Assembly: GCA_018398765.1 (NCBI GenBank)
Contig: JAHBMJ010000232.1
Span: 1-53,087, forward strand
Source of the DNA: Chromera velia
Lineage: Eukaryota
Length of the DNA stretch: 53,087 bases
Direction: 5' to 3'
Under the pieces are notes generated by a model that searched no databases, was not told the origin of the DNA, and saw only the letters and a program-made list of their open reading frames with translations. Shown one piece after another: positions 12,643 through 23,547 of this stretch (within the stretch, counting starts at the first letter, position 1; each line of letters opens with the position of its first letter). A program made the translations under genes and the position numbers.

Positions 12643-13821
12643 TATTCGCATAATAATAAGACAGCAAAATCCGTATGCGTTGTTTTGTCTTGGCTTTGAA
12701 TCCTGCTTTATGAACTGACTCCATGTATGCAGGAGGGAGCGTCTTGACCACCCAGGACCGAGAGGCAAGCGCATTGAAGGAGGAAGACAGGTGGAAGGAC
12801 TGGGAGATGGTTGAACTTCCTGACAAGAGGGCGGAGGATGTCGACGATAAGCTCCTTGAATGGCGGTCTTCTCCTTCTACTGACTTGCAGCCGCAGCATG
12901 CAGAGAGGGAGAGAAGGGGGGGGATGAAGAAGAGTCTCCATGACCCCTCCATCCATCCATCTCACCCAGGGGGTATTAATACAATGTTATGCATGAGGGT
13001 AGACCTATGGCAGTGCTAGAAGGGGGTATTTTTATTCACACAGCAAATTGGCAGAGGTTGGACATGAACAGCCGCTTGCTCGTTGTCTTATCTTCAAGAA
13101 TTAATGTGTGCAAAGAGGGAAAAATGCTAATACAGGGGCTGAGAAACCAGGGGGCAGCGAGAAGAACAAAAAGATTGTGAAGGCCCCTGTCATATTAATC
13201 GGCGGCAGTAGCAGTAGCAGCGGTAGTTGGAGGAGTAAACGGGGGTGTGAGCAGAAAGTCTGGTATGCCCATGCACTGTTCAATTCAATTCCCGCCTTCC
13301 AGAATCAGAGAAATATTCCCGGAGAGCGCGGGCGATGGGAATGGATTGCAGGGGCATGGGGAGCAGGAGCAGGAGGAGGGGGAAGGGGGTCTAGGGATTT
13401 TTTTCTGGCGTTCAGCTTCTCGTTTCTACTTCCCTCTGTCAGGTCTCCCTCTTTGATCCTGTCAAGTTCCGAGTCCACACCCATGCACCCTGACAGAGGG
13501 CACCTTTCCCCTTCCGTCTATCATAACAGATAAGGCTGTTCCTCTTCGAGACGTTTTCTCCATGGGCACTCAACCGGTTGACCAGTACTTGCAGCAAGAT
13601 TAGCGCAAACACCGGGAGGGATCAATTGTGGATAGGGATCAGGAAGACCTATCTTTTCGCCTGCTTGTATCCCCCTTTTAATCGCGTCTCTTTGGTACCT
13701 CAACGCCTATGCAGACCTCCGAAGGCTGCTGTGTGTGGCTGGTATTCCCCGACAAGAAGCCAATCAATTGATTAAACTGGGAAAAATGTTCGCTACTTTC
13801 AGATCCTTCTCGCTCCAAGCT

Positions 13822-14766
13822 GCTGTCTTCTGTCAAGGAGTGGCCGTTGTGCACCCTCACTGACGTTGTGCTACCTTTTATTAAGGAGTGGCCGTTGTAC
13901 GCTCTCACTGACGTTGTGCTGTCTTCTGTTGAAGAGTGGCCATTGTGCACCCTCACTAACGTTGTGCTGTCTTCTGTCGAGGAGTGGCCGTTGTGCGCCC
14001 TCATTGACATTGTGCTGCCTTCTGTTGAGGAGTGATCATTGTATGCCCTCACTGACGTTATGTTGCTTTCTGTTGAGGAGTGGCCATTATATGCCTTCAC
14101 TGACGTTGTGCTGCCTTCTGTCAAGGAGTGACCGTTGTATACCCTCACTAACGTTGTGCTGCCTTCTGTCGAGGAGTGGCCGTTGTGCGCCCTCACTGAT
14201 ATTATACTGCCTTCTATTGAGGAGTGGCCGTTGTGTGCTCTCACTGACGTTGTGCTGTCTTCTGTCGAAGAGTGGCCGTTGTGCACCCTCACTGACATTG
14301 TGCTGTCTTCTGTCGAGGGGTGGCCATTGTGCGCTCTCACTGACATTGTGCTGCCTTCTGTCGAGGAGTGACCATTGTATGCCCTCACTAACGTTATGCT
14401 GCCTTCTATTGGGGAGTGGCAGTTATGCGCTCTCACTGACGTTGTGCTGTCTTCTGTCGAAGAGTGGCCGTTGTGCACCCTCACTGATGTTGTACTGTCT
14501 TCTGTCGAGGAGTGGCCGTTGTGCGCTCTCACTGACATTCTGCTGCCTTCTGTCGAGGAGTGACCATTGTATGCCTTTACTGACGTTATGCTGCCTTCTG
14601 TCAAGGAGTGGCCGTTGTGTGCCTTCACTGACATTGTGCTGCCTTCTGTCAAGGAGTGACCGTTGTATACCCTCACTGACGTTGTGCTACCTTCTGTCGA
14701 GGAGTGGCCGTTCTGCACCCTCACTGACGTTGTGCTGCCTTCTGTTGAGGAGTGGCCGTTGTACGC
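13822..14766. repeat. 48 bp minisatellite, ~20 indel-free copies
   Basis: Consensus GTTGTGCGCCCTCACTGACGTTGTGCTGCCTTCTGTCGAGGAGTGGCC; gives 16-aa repeat ORFs on both strands. Confidence 0.95.
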
Positions 14767-15464
14767 TCCGGGTCCTCCCCCTTTACCCCATTGCTGCTGG
14801 TACCCCTCTCTCCGAGCCTTGCTCCCCCCTCAGCGCTCACTCTTTGCACTTAATTCTCCCCTGGTGGCTCGTTTGGAGGCACCTGCTGACTGCCCTGTAG
14901 TGGGCCGCCTGCCTCCTTACTCACATAAAGGCGTATATCTGCAGGCCCACAGGTCCTGTCTAGGATTGCCTGCCTTATAACCGAGGGAGGAAGGGGGAGA
15001 GAAGATGAACCTGAAGGGCCAGGGGGGAAGACGGGAGGAGGGCAAGACAATACCGCATAGACAGACAGAAAAGGTCGATCGGGGAGGGGTATGTGGAGAG
15101 AGAGAGAGAAAGAGAGGCGAGCGGCATCAGTTCGTTCTATTGGCTTCTTGAGAGCCCAGTCACTATGACGGACAAGCGTGTGGGGCAATCTGCAGTAGTA
15201 CGGAATGCGGCTCCTCACGGAGCATGCAGGGCTCTCTGCAGCACTGCGATGTGTGGAGGGACTCTCTGGAACTCAAATCATCAGAAACTCCCCCTTTGGC
15301 TTCCCTTAATTTCTTCCACATAATTGAAGTGGGAACAGACACAGAGATGAGCATACCTAAATGCCATGCAGACTGCACGCTCCTCTTGAAGGGCCTCTGC
15401 TACCGATGGAGGAAGCAACTCTAGAAGCAACTCCTGTGCCTCTTTTTTTTTTTGCCTTCCCGTG

Positions 15465-15871
15465 AAAGGCATTGACTGGGTTTTCCATGATTCGGCCTCT
15501 GCTTAGTACCTGGCTCTGTGATCTGTCATTGGTTGCTTGGTCAGAGCATGTTGCAGATGGGGGTTGAAGTTTTGAAGTGGCAAGCATGTGAGGTCGTCTT
15601 TGCGGTAGCTTTAAGTCTGCTGAAGGCATTGAGTCAGACTAGGTTTTCCGTGATTCGGCCTCTGCTTGGTACCCGGCTTTATGATCTGTCATTAGTTGCT
15701 TGGTTAGAGCGTGTTGCAGATGGGGGGTTGAAGTCTTGAAGTAGCAAGCATGTGAGGTCGTCCTTGCGGTAGCTTTCAGTCTGCTGAAAGGCATTGACTG
15801 GGGTTTCTGTGATTCGGCCTCTTCTTGGTACCTGGCTCTATGATCTGTCATTGGTTGCTTGGTTAGAGCAT
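15465..15871. repeat. ~160 bp tandem repeat, ~2.5 copies
   Basis: AAGGCATTGA...GATTCGGCCTCT...GATCTGTCATT recurs near 15465, 15623 and 15787. Confidence 0.9.
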
Positions 15872-16598
15872 TATAGGGGAGTAGAGAAGTAAACTGATTC
15901 AGGCAACAAACGTATACGTGATGCGGGTACCCCTCCTAGCACCCTCCCAAGCACTCGTCTCCCTAGAGCTTCCAAAGGAAAAGACAGAATGGTTCCTCAT
16001 CAGTTCAGCATATGATCCCGGGGTTTCCACCCCTCAGAAGCTCCTCAGCCCAGCCTCCAGGTTTTGTTCCTTCTCTCCACTGTCCAGTGAGAAAAAAACG
16101 TCCAGTAAGAAAAAAAAAAGGAACTGAGAGAAAGATCGGACCCCCTGTCCTCCCTCCTATGCTTAGCCCAACCTCCTAAAAGCTGTCAGATGAAATAAAG
16201 ATCTTGACGCTGTTTGAATTTCGCTTTTGTACCCTTTCACTGTATAACACCCTTTCTTGCACTGCTGCCACCGCCTATTTATTGATTGATTAATTAATTA
16301 ATGCCAAACCCTAGGTGGAGTTAGAACTCCCGGGCGGTGCATACATGCATGGATCTGTTTAATTATACCAGCTGCAAGCTAAGTGGACGACAGTTATTGG
16401 AACTTAATCTAATCAATCATTTACCATAATATGATGAGAAATTTTAAAGAGGAGAGAGGGTTGAGAGCGCAAGAGCGATGTGATGAACTTGTGAACCCCC
16501 AGATCAGAAAAGGAGGTGGATGCAAAAGGTGAGTCACAATGAGTGAAGCGGTCTAATTAAATTAATGCCAACCACTGTAAAAAGCCTTGTTTGGCAGT

Positions 16599-19500
16599 CT
16601 ATCGGGGGCAGACAGAGAGCCGATGAATAAAATCATCTACACACCGGCAGCAGGCTTTATAGATGCACAGCTTTCTATCAGAGCAACCAACAGGTAGCCC
16701 ACCTTGCCCGCCCATCGAGTTGTATGTCAGCATGCGCAAAAAAGAAGAGATTGAGCCATCCGTAACCAACAGGGCAGAACGGGGAAGGGTAGAGACAGAA
16801 GGAACACCAGAGGACGACTTGCTGCATAAGAGGAAGACAAACATACGGCGGGAGGACGGGAAGTCGCGCTGCAGAGGGGTGAGTCTAGCAAGGAGGAGAA
16901 AGTGAGAGGAAGATTGCCCATCATCCTCAGAAGCCTTCATGCATTCCTTTGCAACTGTTTGTCTCACCTTGCCCTTGAAGAAAAGTGAGCCGGTGCCTTG
17001 TGCCCTATGACCATACTGCCTGCGTTGGGAAGACAGATCGGGCTCGACCCTTAGCGAGCGGACAGAAATCAAATCAGCCCAATGAAGCAGCCTGTCTATA
17101 AACCTTATGAATTGTTGGCAGCAGTTATTCTTCCAGACATGCAACATGGCTGCAGGAATAGTATGTGTTGTGATGGAAAGAGAGTGCCACCAGTCAGCCA
17201 CGCGGGAGCAGAGAAGGGCTTTGCAGGGAAGAAGACCAAGGATGCAAAGAGAGGGCAGGCGGAGGCTGCAAGCAGACAAATGACCATACTAACGGGCAAA
17301 CCGAAGCTACAAAGCATCAAAAGCGAGCAGGTCTGCATCCCGTACTGGCAGACATTCAAGGCAGTAGAGCGCTACGGGGGTCCAGCAGGCTCTAAAGACT
17401 GTTACCTGCGCGTCAATACTGAGCGGGCCCATACTCACAATCAACCCAATTACCCCTCCTAAAGCTCACGAAGCAGAAGCAATACGGGACTCAATTGTCT
17501 TGTTCAAGTACCCCCTTTCAAAGAAAACACACCCCAGATATTTGTATTCGGATGTCTATTCAACTTCCCTCCCACCATACATGACTCTACCTGCAGACTG
17601 CCCCAGAGCCAAGGCAGACAGGCGTAAGATTTTCGTTTTCTTTAAGTTCACAGTCAATCCCCATTCCTTGCAATACCCTTCCAAGGCTGAGAACTTCTTT
17701 TGCAGATCTGAGACGGAATGAGCAAGGAAACAGAGATCATCCACATACCCCAGACTGCCTAAGATACAGTTGTCAAGGAGGACAGGTTCGGGCTCTCTCT
17801 CGGGCTCCTTGATGCTGCCTTTCCCCATTCTGCTGTCTGACCATCCTGCTTCTTCTGCTTCTCTGTCTACGGCCCCCTCGTTCTTACTAACTGAACATAC
17901 ACGGGGAAGGTCATTGATATAGATAAGAAAGAGAATGGGAGAGAGAGCATCACCTTGTTTTACCCCAGTGCCCTCCCAAAAACACAAAGAGTCCCCGTCT
18001 ACCTTTCCCCAGACCTCCCTGTATATTTCACAAATCATACACACATCTGCCTCACACACACCTTCTTTTCTCAGTTTCTGAATTAACTTACCTCTCGGCA
18101 CAGTGTCAAAGGCTTTGGAGAAATCAACAAAGCCTGCCAGCAGAGCTTTCTTTTTCTTTTTAGAGGAGAGAATGGCAGAGACAAGCGCGCCTACTCCTTC
18201 TTTCGTTCCCACCCCTTGTCTGAAACCTGACTGCCTGACGTTAAGCTCAACTTGAGAGCGCACACGGCCATCCATCAGCAAACCAAAAAGTTTTGCGAAA
18301 GGGTTGACAACATGAATAGGCCTCCATTCATTGGGAGAGGGAGAGGCAGGGCCTTTAAAGACAGAGCAGATACGCAGCATATTCCAGGAGGAAGGCCAGC
18401 AAGCAAAGATATGCATACAATACAATAAAATAAAAAGAAAAAAACGAGAGAGCGCCGAGTGCGTAAAATAAAGGTCAAGCTAAGCGAGGGAGATTCTTTT
18501 AAGGCCAGAGGCTTTCTTTCTATTCATTTTCTTTAGAGCAGAAGAGATTTGATGGAAAGAGAAGGGCAAAATAGAAGGGTGGAAAGGGGGAGGGGCAGGT
18601 GGGGCCCGGAGGGCGGAAGGGAGAGGCTCTTCATTCTTGTCTTCAAACACCCCCGCCCAATAATTCGAGAACTCACGTGGAGAAGGACGGGAGGCTCTCC
18701 CAGTTGAGGCAGCTTTTTTCTTTCTCCTCCAAATAGCAAACGGGTCTTTTAACAACTCTTCTTATACCCTCCGGGCTTGTGCCCTCTCCCATGCAATTCT
18801 CTTTCTTTTGAACAGAGTACGACGGACCCGGAGAAGCCTCTGCAGTCTATCGAACTCTATTCCCCTTCCATTCCCATCTCTCACTAGCTTCCATCTCTTG
18901 TCTGCCTCTCTAACCTCTTTCTGTAAAGCTTTACATTCCGAATCAAACCATGCCTTTCTCTTTGATCGTCTACCTTCTGGGCCAGGCCCCTTGTCCCCTG
19001 TCTGCTTGATTGGCCCTACCAGCACACGCGACCATTCCTCAACTAACCTGTGCAGACATGCACGATCGTCACCGCCCTCCGAAGTCAGCCCTGGTTGGGG
19101 ATGCGGGGATACTGGGGGAGGTAGAGGAGCAGGCGGCTCCTCAAATGGTTCGATCTGCTCATGATAGGCCCACAAGCCAGGCCATCAATCCTCAGCAAAC
19201 GATTTCACCGCTGCTGCAAGCGATGCGATTTCTTCATCAGAGACTGGGGCTGTGCGGTTTGAACAGAAAAAGGGAGGACAATCAGAGAGGTTTTGGTGGG
19301 GTGGGAGAGCATCTTCAGATTCAGGTTCGGCCGAGGGAGGGGAGAAGGAGAAGGAAACGGTCACATGGTCGGGGGAGGCAATACCATCAAAGTTAACCTC
19401 CCAATCAGAAACCCTCTGTATAGTAGATGGATCAGTAAGTATGTAATCAATGAGGGAAGTGGGCGTAGACATGCTGCTCTGTCTGGAATAGTAAGTGCAC

Positions 19501-21113
19501 TCACCAGGAAAAACAAAGGACTCTCCCCCTGCTTCTCCTGTCAGTCCATTCAAAGGAATAAGATTCGTATCACTACAAATTTGAATAAAGTCCCTCCCAC
19601 TGCGGTCAACGTCTTTGCTGCACTGAGATGTGCAGACAAACGAGGGTCTGTCAGGCTTCTCCGAGCCCTCATCATTTTCTCCCCTCCCATCAACCCCCCC
19701 AGAATCCCTCGGCAGGAGGAGGAGATCTGCATGGGACCACAAAAGATTTTTGGGGATGAGGCTGCCTGAGTGTGCATTGAAATCCCCTATCACCACCCTC
19801 AGGCTGTCTGCCTCAAGAAGGACCCCCCCAAATACATCCTTCAAGAGGTCAGGGACCCTACTGTCCCTATGATCGGACCAGGACCTAGGAAGGTAAAGAC
19901 CGAATACATGCACCCTGCGCCCACCTACTGTAATCTTTACTTTAACTAGACTCGGGCCCACAAGGGAGATTTTGGGTTTCAGCTCGCTCCACCATTCCTT
20001 TTTTATAAGCACACAAACACCCCTACTCCTGCCGTCCCTATCATGGGCTGCTCTGCGCATACCTAATTACTGCCGGTACCACTCACGGTGGCTGAAGTTT
20101 TTGCCTTTCCACCCCCCACAAGAGATGTCCCTCATTACATCCATTGCTTTTGTGAAGATGGCTAGGTCAGGATCTTTCTCGGCTAGCCAACAGGAAAGGG
20201 AACCGTTGTCTTCTTTACTTCTCACCCCATTCACATTCAATAATGAAAAACGGACCAAGGCATCCCTCACTCTAGCCACGGCTGCCATCTCTTTCTCTTT
20301 CTCTTTCCGCCACTCTTTCTAAAACTCCCTTCGCAGCTCTTCGCAGTGATTCAGGTTTGCTGCCGGCTCCTACGTGTGAGAGAAATTCCCGCCCCAGTCA
20401 ACCAGGTATTCCCTTTCCCCCCCTTCCCCGTTCATACGAGTATGAAGGCTTAGCACCCGCACAATCTCCCACTCCAGCTCTCGGCTGGCAGGCTCCCCTG
20501 CTTCACTCGGCTGCTGTGACGTGCCATGCTTACGGTTGCCTCCCCTGCACTTTTTCCCTTTCCCCCTGCAACGCTTCCTAACCGACCTCTCCTTCGAAAT
20601 AAAAAACATATCAGATACAAAAGATAGAACAGACAAGCCTTCACCGGAAGGAGAAGGTGCCTGACTGCAAGGGGAAGGGGGACAGGAAAGAGAATCAACA
20701 TCAGGGGTATGAAAGGACGGAGAAGAATTAAATAGAGGAGAAGAACAGTCTGACTTGCCTGCAAGGGCATTAAGCTCGCCGCCGCTCACAGATCCTTCGT
20801 CCATTACACACTCTGACAGAACATCAAAACGATTGCCATGAAAGACAGAGGGAAGGGGAGAGACAGGGGCCGAATGCCCTTTTCTACGTAGATCGAATTT
20901 CACGTCACACCATTTCAATGAATCAAGAAAGACATCGCAAGGTGTGGTGCCCGGAGAAGAACACAACTCATTGACAGAGACAGAAGACAACCAGGCACAC
21001 AAATCACATATCTCCTTTCTGAGGGCCTCCCTCTCTTTCAGGAGACCTAACAATTTCCTTTTCAGCTATGGGAGTCCAGTCGGTTCAGAGGGGGAAGGAG
21101 GACTCCTAACCAT
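16599..21113 (-). pseudogene. LINE ORF2: chromodomain - apurinic-like endonuclease - reverse transcriptase - CCHC zinc knuckle, with in-frame stops
   Basis: The listed ORFs starting at 21053, 20288, 20060, 19175, 18755, 18425 and 17279 all share one frame. APE motifs LLNVNG, GDFNAH, SLIDYI, SPDH. RT motifs WRPI, QSGFR, FVDFSKAFDTV, GVKQGDALSPILF, YVDD, VNLKKTK, EYKYLG. C-terminal CIYKACCRCVDDFIHRLSVCP. Confidence 0.93.
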
Positions 21114-21151
21114 ATGCCCTTCCCCCCAACTCTTCCCGTCTCTATCCGAAA

Positions 21152-22220
21152 CTAATGACCAAAGCCGGGGGTAGCACCCCCGTCTCCGTTTCCCGACTCG
21201 GGTCTCACTTGCACCGGGGTCTTGAAAACCATACCACCCTTATGAGACGGCTGCGGGAGCTGTCTGGCTTGCTGTTGTTGCTATTGGGCGTACATTGCAA
21301 AGTTTAATGCAGCAGTGCTCGAGGTTTGTAGCACCACGGCTGCTACCGCATTCTGTTGTACGACCACGGCTGCCAGTGGTGAACCCATCATGTGAGAGTC
21401 GGCAGCCAAATTTTGTTGGGGCGGTATAAAGAGGAATGGGTGCTGCTGCAGTGGCGGTGCAGGTGCCCTGGGAATCGGTTGAGTGGACTCACTCACCCCT
21501 TCCTTCAGCAGAAGGGCCTGAGCCCTCTTTTTGTCCTTAGCGGATGCCCTGGCATCGCCAAGTGTGCTTTGCGTCCAGAAAATTCTGCCAGCTTTCTCTT
21601 CTTCCTCCATCTTCCTGAGCACATACTTCATAGATCCGGTGCGAACAAAGGAGAGGACATTGTACTGCACGGAGCGGTTGGAGGCGCAGGCCTTGAACAG
21701 ACCGTCAAACTCTTCCACATCTTTTTTACGTTTGAATTCAACAGTAAGTTTGGAGACCCATTTGTAGTTCTTGCTGCAGAAGATGGATTTCGCAGCGTCG
21801 TACAGCTGAGAAGAACAGGAGATCACTTCATCTATCTGGCACACTTGTCCATTGAAAGAGAGAGAAAAGGTGAGCAGGACTAAGTCTTAGTCTCTGAGGA
21901 AGGATTGGAATTGCTACCACTTCCTTACCTCATTAAGAGAGAGGCCCAGCACCATACGTAAGCGAGGGACGGGGTCTTTCTCCTCATCAGAGGGCTGAAG
22001 ACTCAGCACGGATGATTCGATCTTCTCAATTGACTTCTCATATTTCTCAACCCTTCTCTCATTCTGACCAATCCGGTTATCAAGGTTGTCAATCTGTTTT
22101 ATAACGATATCAAATCTGCCGTCGAAGTACTCCCTCTGAAAAGCTGTCTGTTGGTCAAACAGTGCTTTTATTTTAGGAAGGGTGGCCCCCCCGTTGCCAG
22201 AGGGGAGATCAAAGCCACTA
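21152..22220 (-). pseudogene. LINE ORF1-like protein with coiled coil, with in-frame stops
   Basis: The frame of ORF 21281-21844 extends upstream through two stops into FDGRFDIVIKQIDNLDNRIGQNERRVEKYEKSIEKIESSV (heptad pattern), and downstream through a TAG within a Q-run (YAQ*QQQQ). Different frame from ORF2. Confidence 0.7.
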
Positions 22221-23547
22221 AGAGTTAATTATTAATTTATTAATAATTATTTATTAATTTTATTTGAAGTTATTATAATTAATGTGTTATTTTGCCCGGA
22301 GCTAGGTCTGACGGTTATAGACATTCATTCATTTAATCTAGTATCTAATTATTATATTAAATTCATTGCAAATCTTTATAAAATTGTTATAATAATACAT
22401 TTTTAATACCCCAGCTAAGCTCTAATCTAGTATTAAATCTAGGCTCTAGTAGTGATTCGATCGGGTCTATAATTGTGTAATAATACAGTCAGCACAGGGA
22501 AGGATCGAAAGAGGTAGAGTGCTGACTGCCTATCACTTAGGAAGAAAGAGAGTCGAGTGGAATGGAAAGATGGATGGAGATATAGGTAGACGGTATAAAA
22601 GAATGTACCGTAAAGATCAGTGGGAGAGCTATAAATATACCTAGGGAACTTGGGGATGTCCCAACGGAGAAATCTCGTGCAGAGACTTAGAGAGAGATCT
22701 CGTACAGAGAAGTCTGTTCGACAAGGACTCTTTGCTAGTACCTTGTATTGATTGTTTATAATGCTTTGTTTGCTTGCATGCATAAGATTGCATGCATTTG
22801 TACTGCATGCATGGATTTACTGCGGATCAATACAGTATCGAGTGCCCCAGCATGCCCGATTGATTGGCTTGCATGGGCGTGGTGCGTACGTGCGGAGGCC
22901 ACGGCTTAATGCTTGGGCCTTTCTATAGTCGTGAGTGCAGTGGTTACATAGGTGACACTTTACGATTGGGTATGAGCAGACCCGGGAGAGAAAGGGGCAA
23001 GGAAATAATTGTGGGAGTTACTAGCAAGGTTACTAGGAGTTACAGTGGGACAGCTTGAAGGCAGACCCCGAATAACCCCGGAAGCGCTCTGAGTAGCGCT
23101 CTAAAAATTATTTGAGAGCTTTGTATTTCATTATACTCAGCTGAATTCGCTAAACATTGTCAGTGTCTCTCTGACTCGCTGTTTTTTGTTTTTTCTTCTG
23201 ATCTAGCCTCTGATTTCAAATCTAGTTTCAACTCAACTTTGCCATTAAAATCCGAATCTTCAGTGTACCATCTCTTGAAGTACTAGTTGAAGTAGAGCTA
23301 AGATCTTGAAGGAGACTTGCATGAACATAGATTACCAGGTCTAGTGCCAGGTGCTAGGCTCCGACGGCTATAGTCATTCATTCATTCAATGACCGCTCTA
23401 TTGCTTGGAATTTGTTCTAGATCCACTGCATTTCTATTTCGATTTTTGTATACTTACTTATTTACTTAATAGAGCATAAAATGATCGAGGTATGATTGAG
23501 CAAATTGCACCGGTTCCTAGAAATGTTTCAGAGTGGAAGTCGTTCAA

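Larger units (their letters stand above)
16277..22220 (-). mobile_element. Near full-length APE-type non-LTR retrotransposon (LINE), inactivated
   Basis: ORF1-like coiled-coil frame followed by ORF2 with chromodomain, APE, RT and CCHC. Putative 3' tail ATTAATTAATCAATCAATAAAT near 16277-16303. Boundaries approximate; no TSD identified. Confidence 0.9.

Noticed and set aside
13822..14766. CRISPR-like array
   Set aside because: Units are contiguous 48-mers with no unique spacers, there are no cas genes, and the context is eukaryotic.
13678..14900. 348 aa and 344 aa repeat ORFs as real surface or ice-nucleation-like proteins
   Set aside because: Open frames on both strands follow automatically from an indel-free 48 bp unit. 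There is no signal peptide or gene context, and the variants are mutation-biased rather than synonymous-biased.
16599..22220. Alternative genetic code (TAA/TAG = Gln, or TGA recoded) explaining the in-frame stops of the LINE
   Set aside because: All three stop types occur and align to different expected residues (TAG to W in the chromodomain and Q in the RT thumb region; TGA to R). The conserved host exons I translated show no in-frame TAA/TAG. Mutation explains it more simply.
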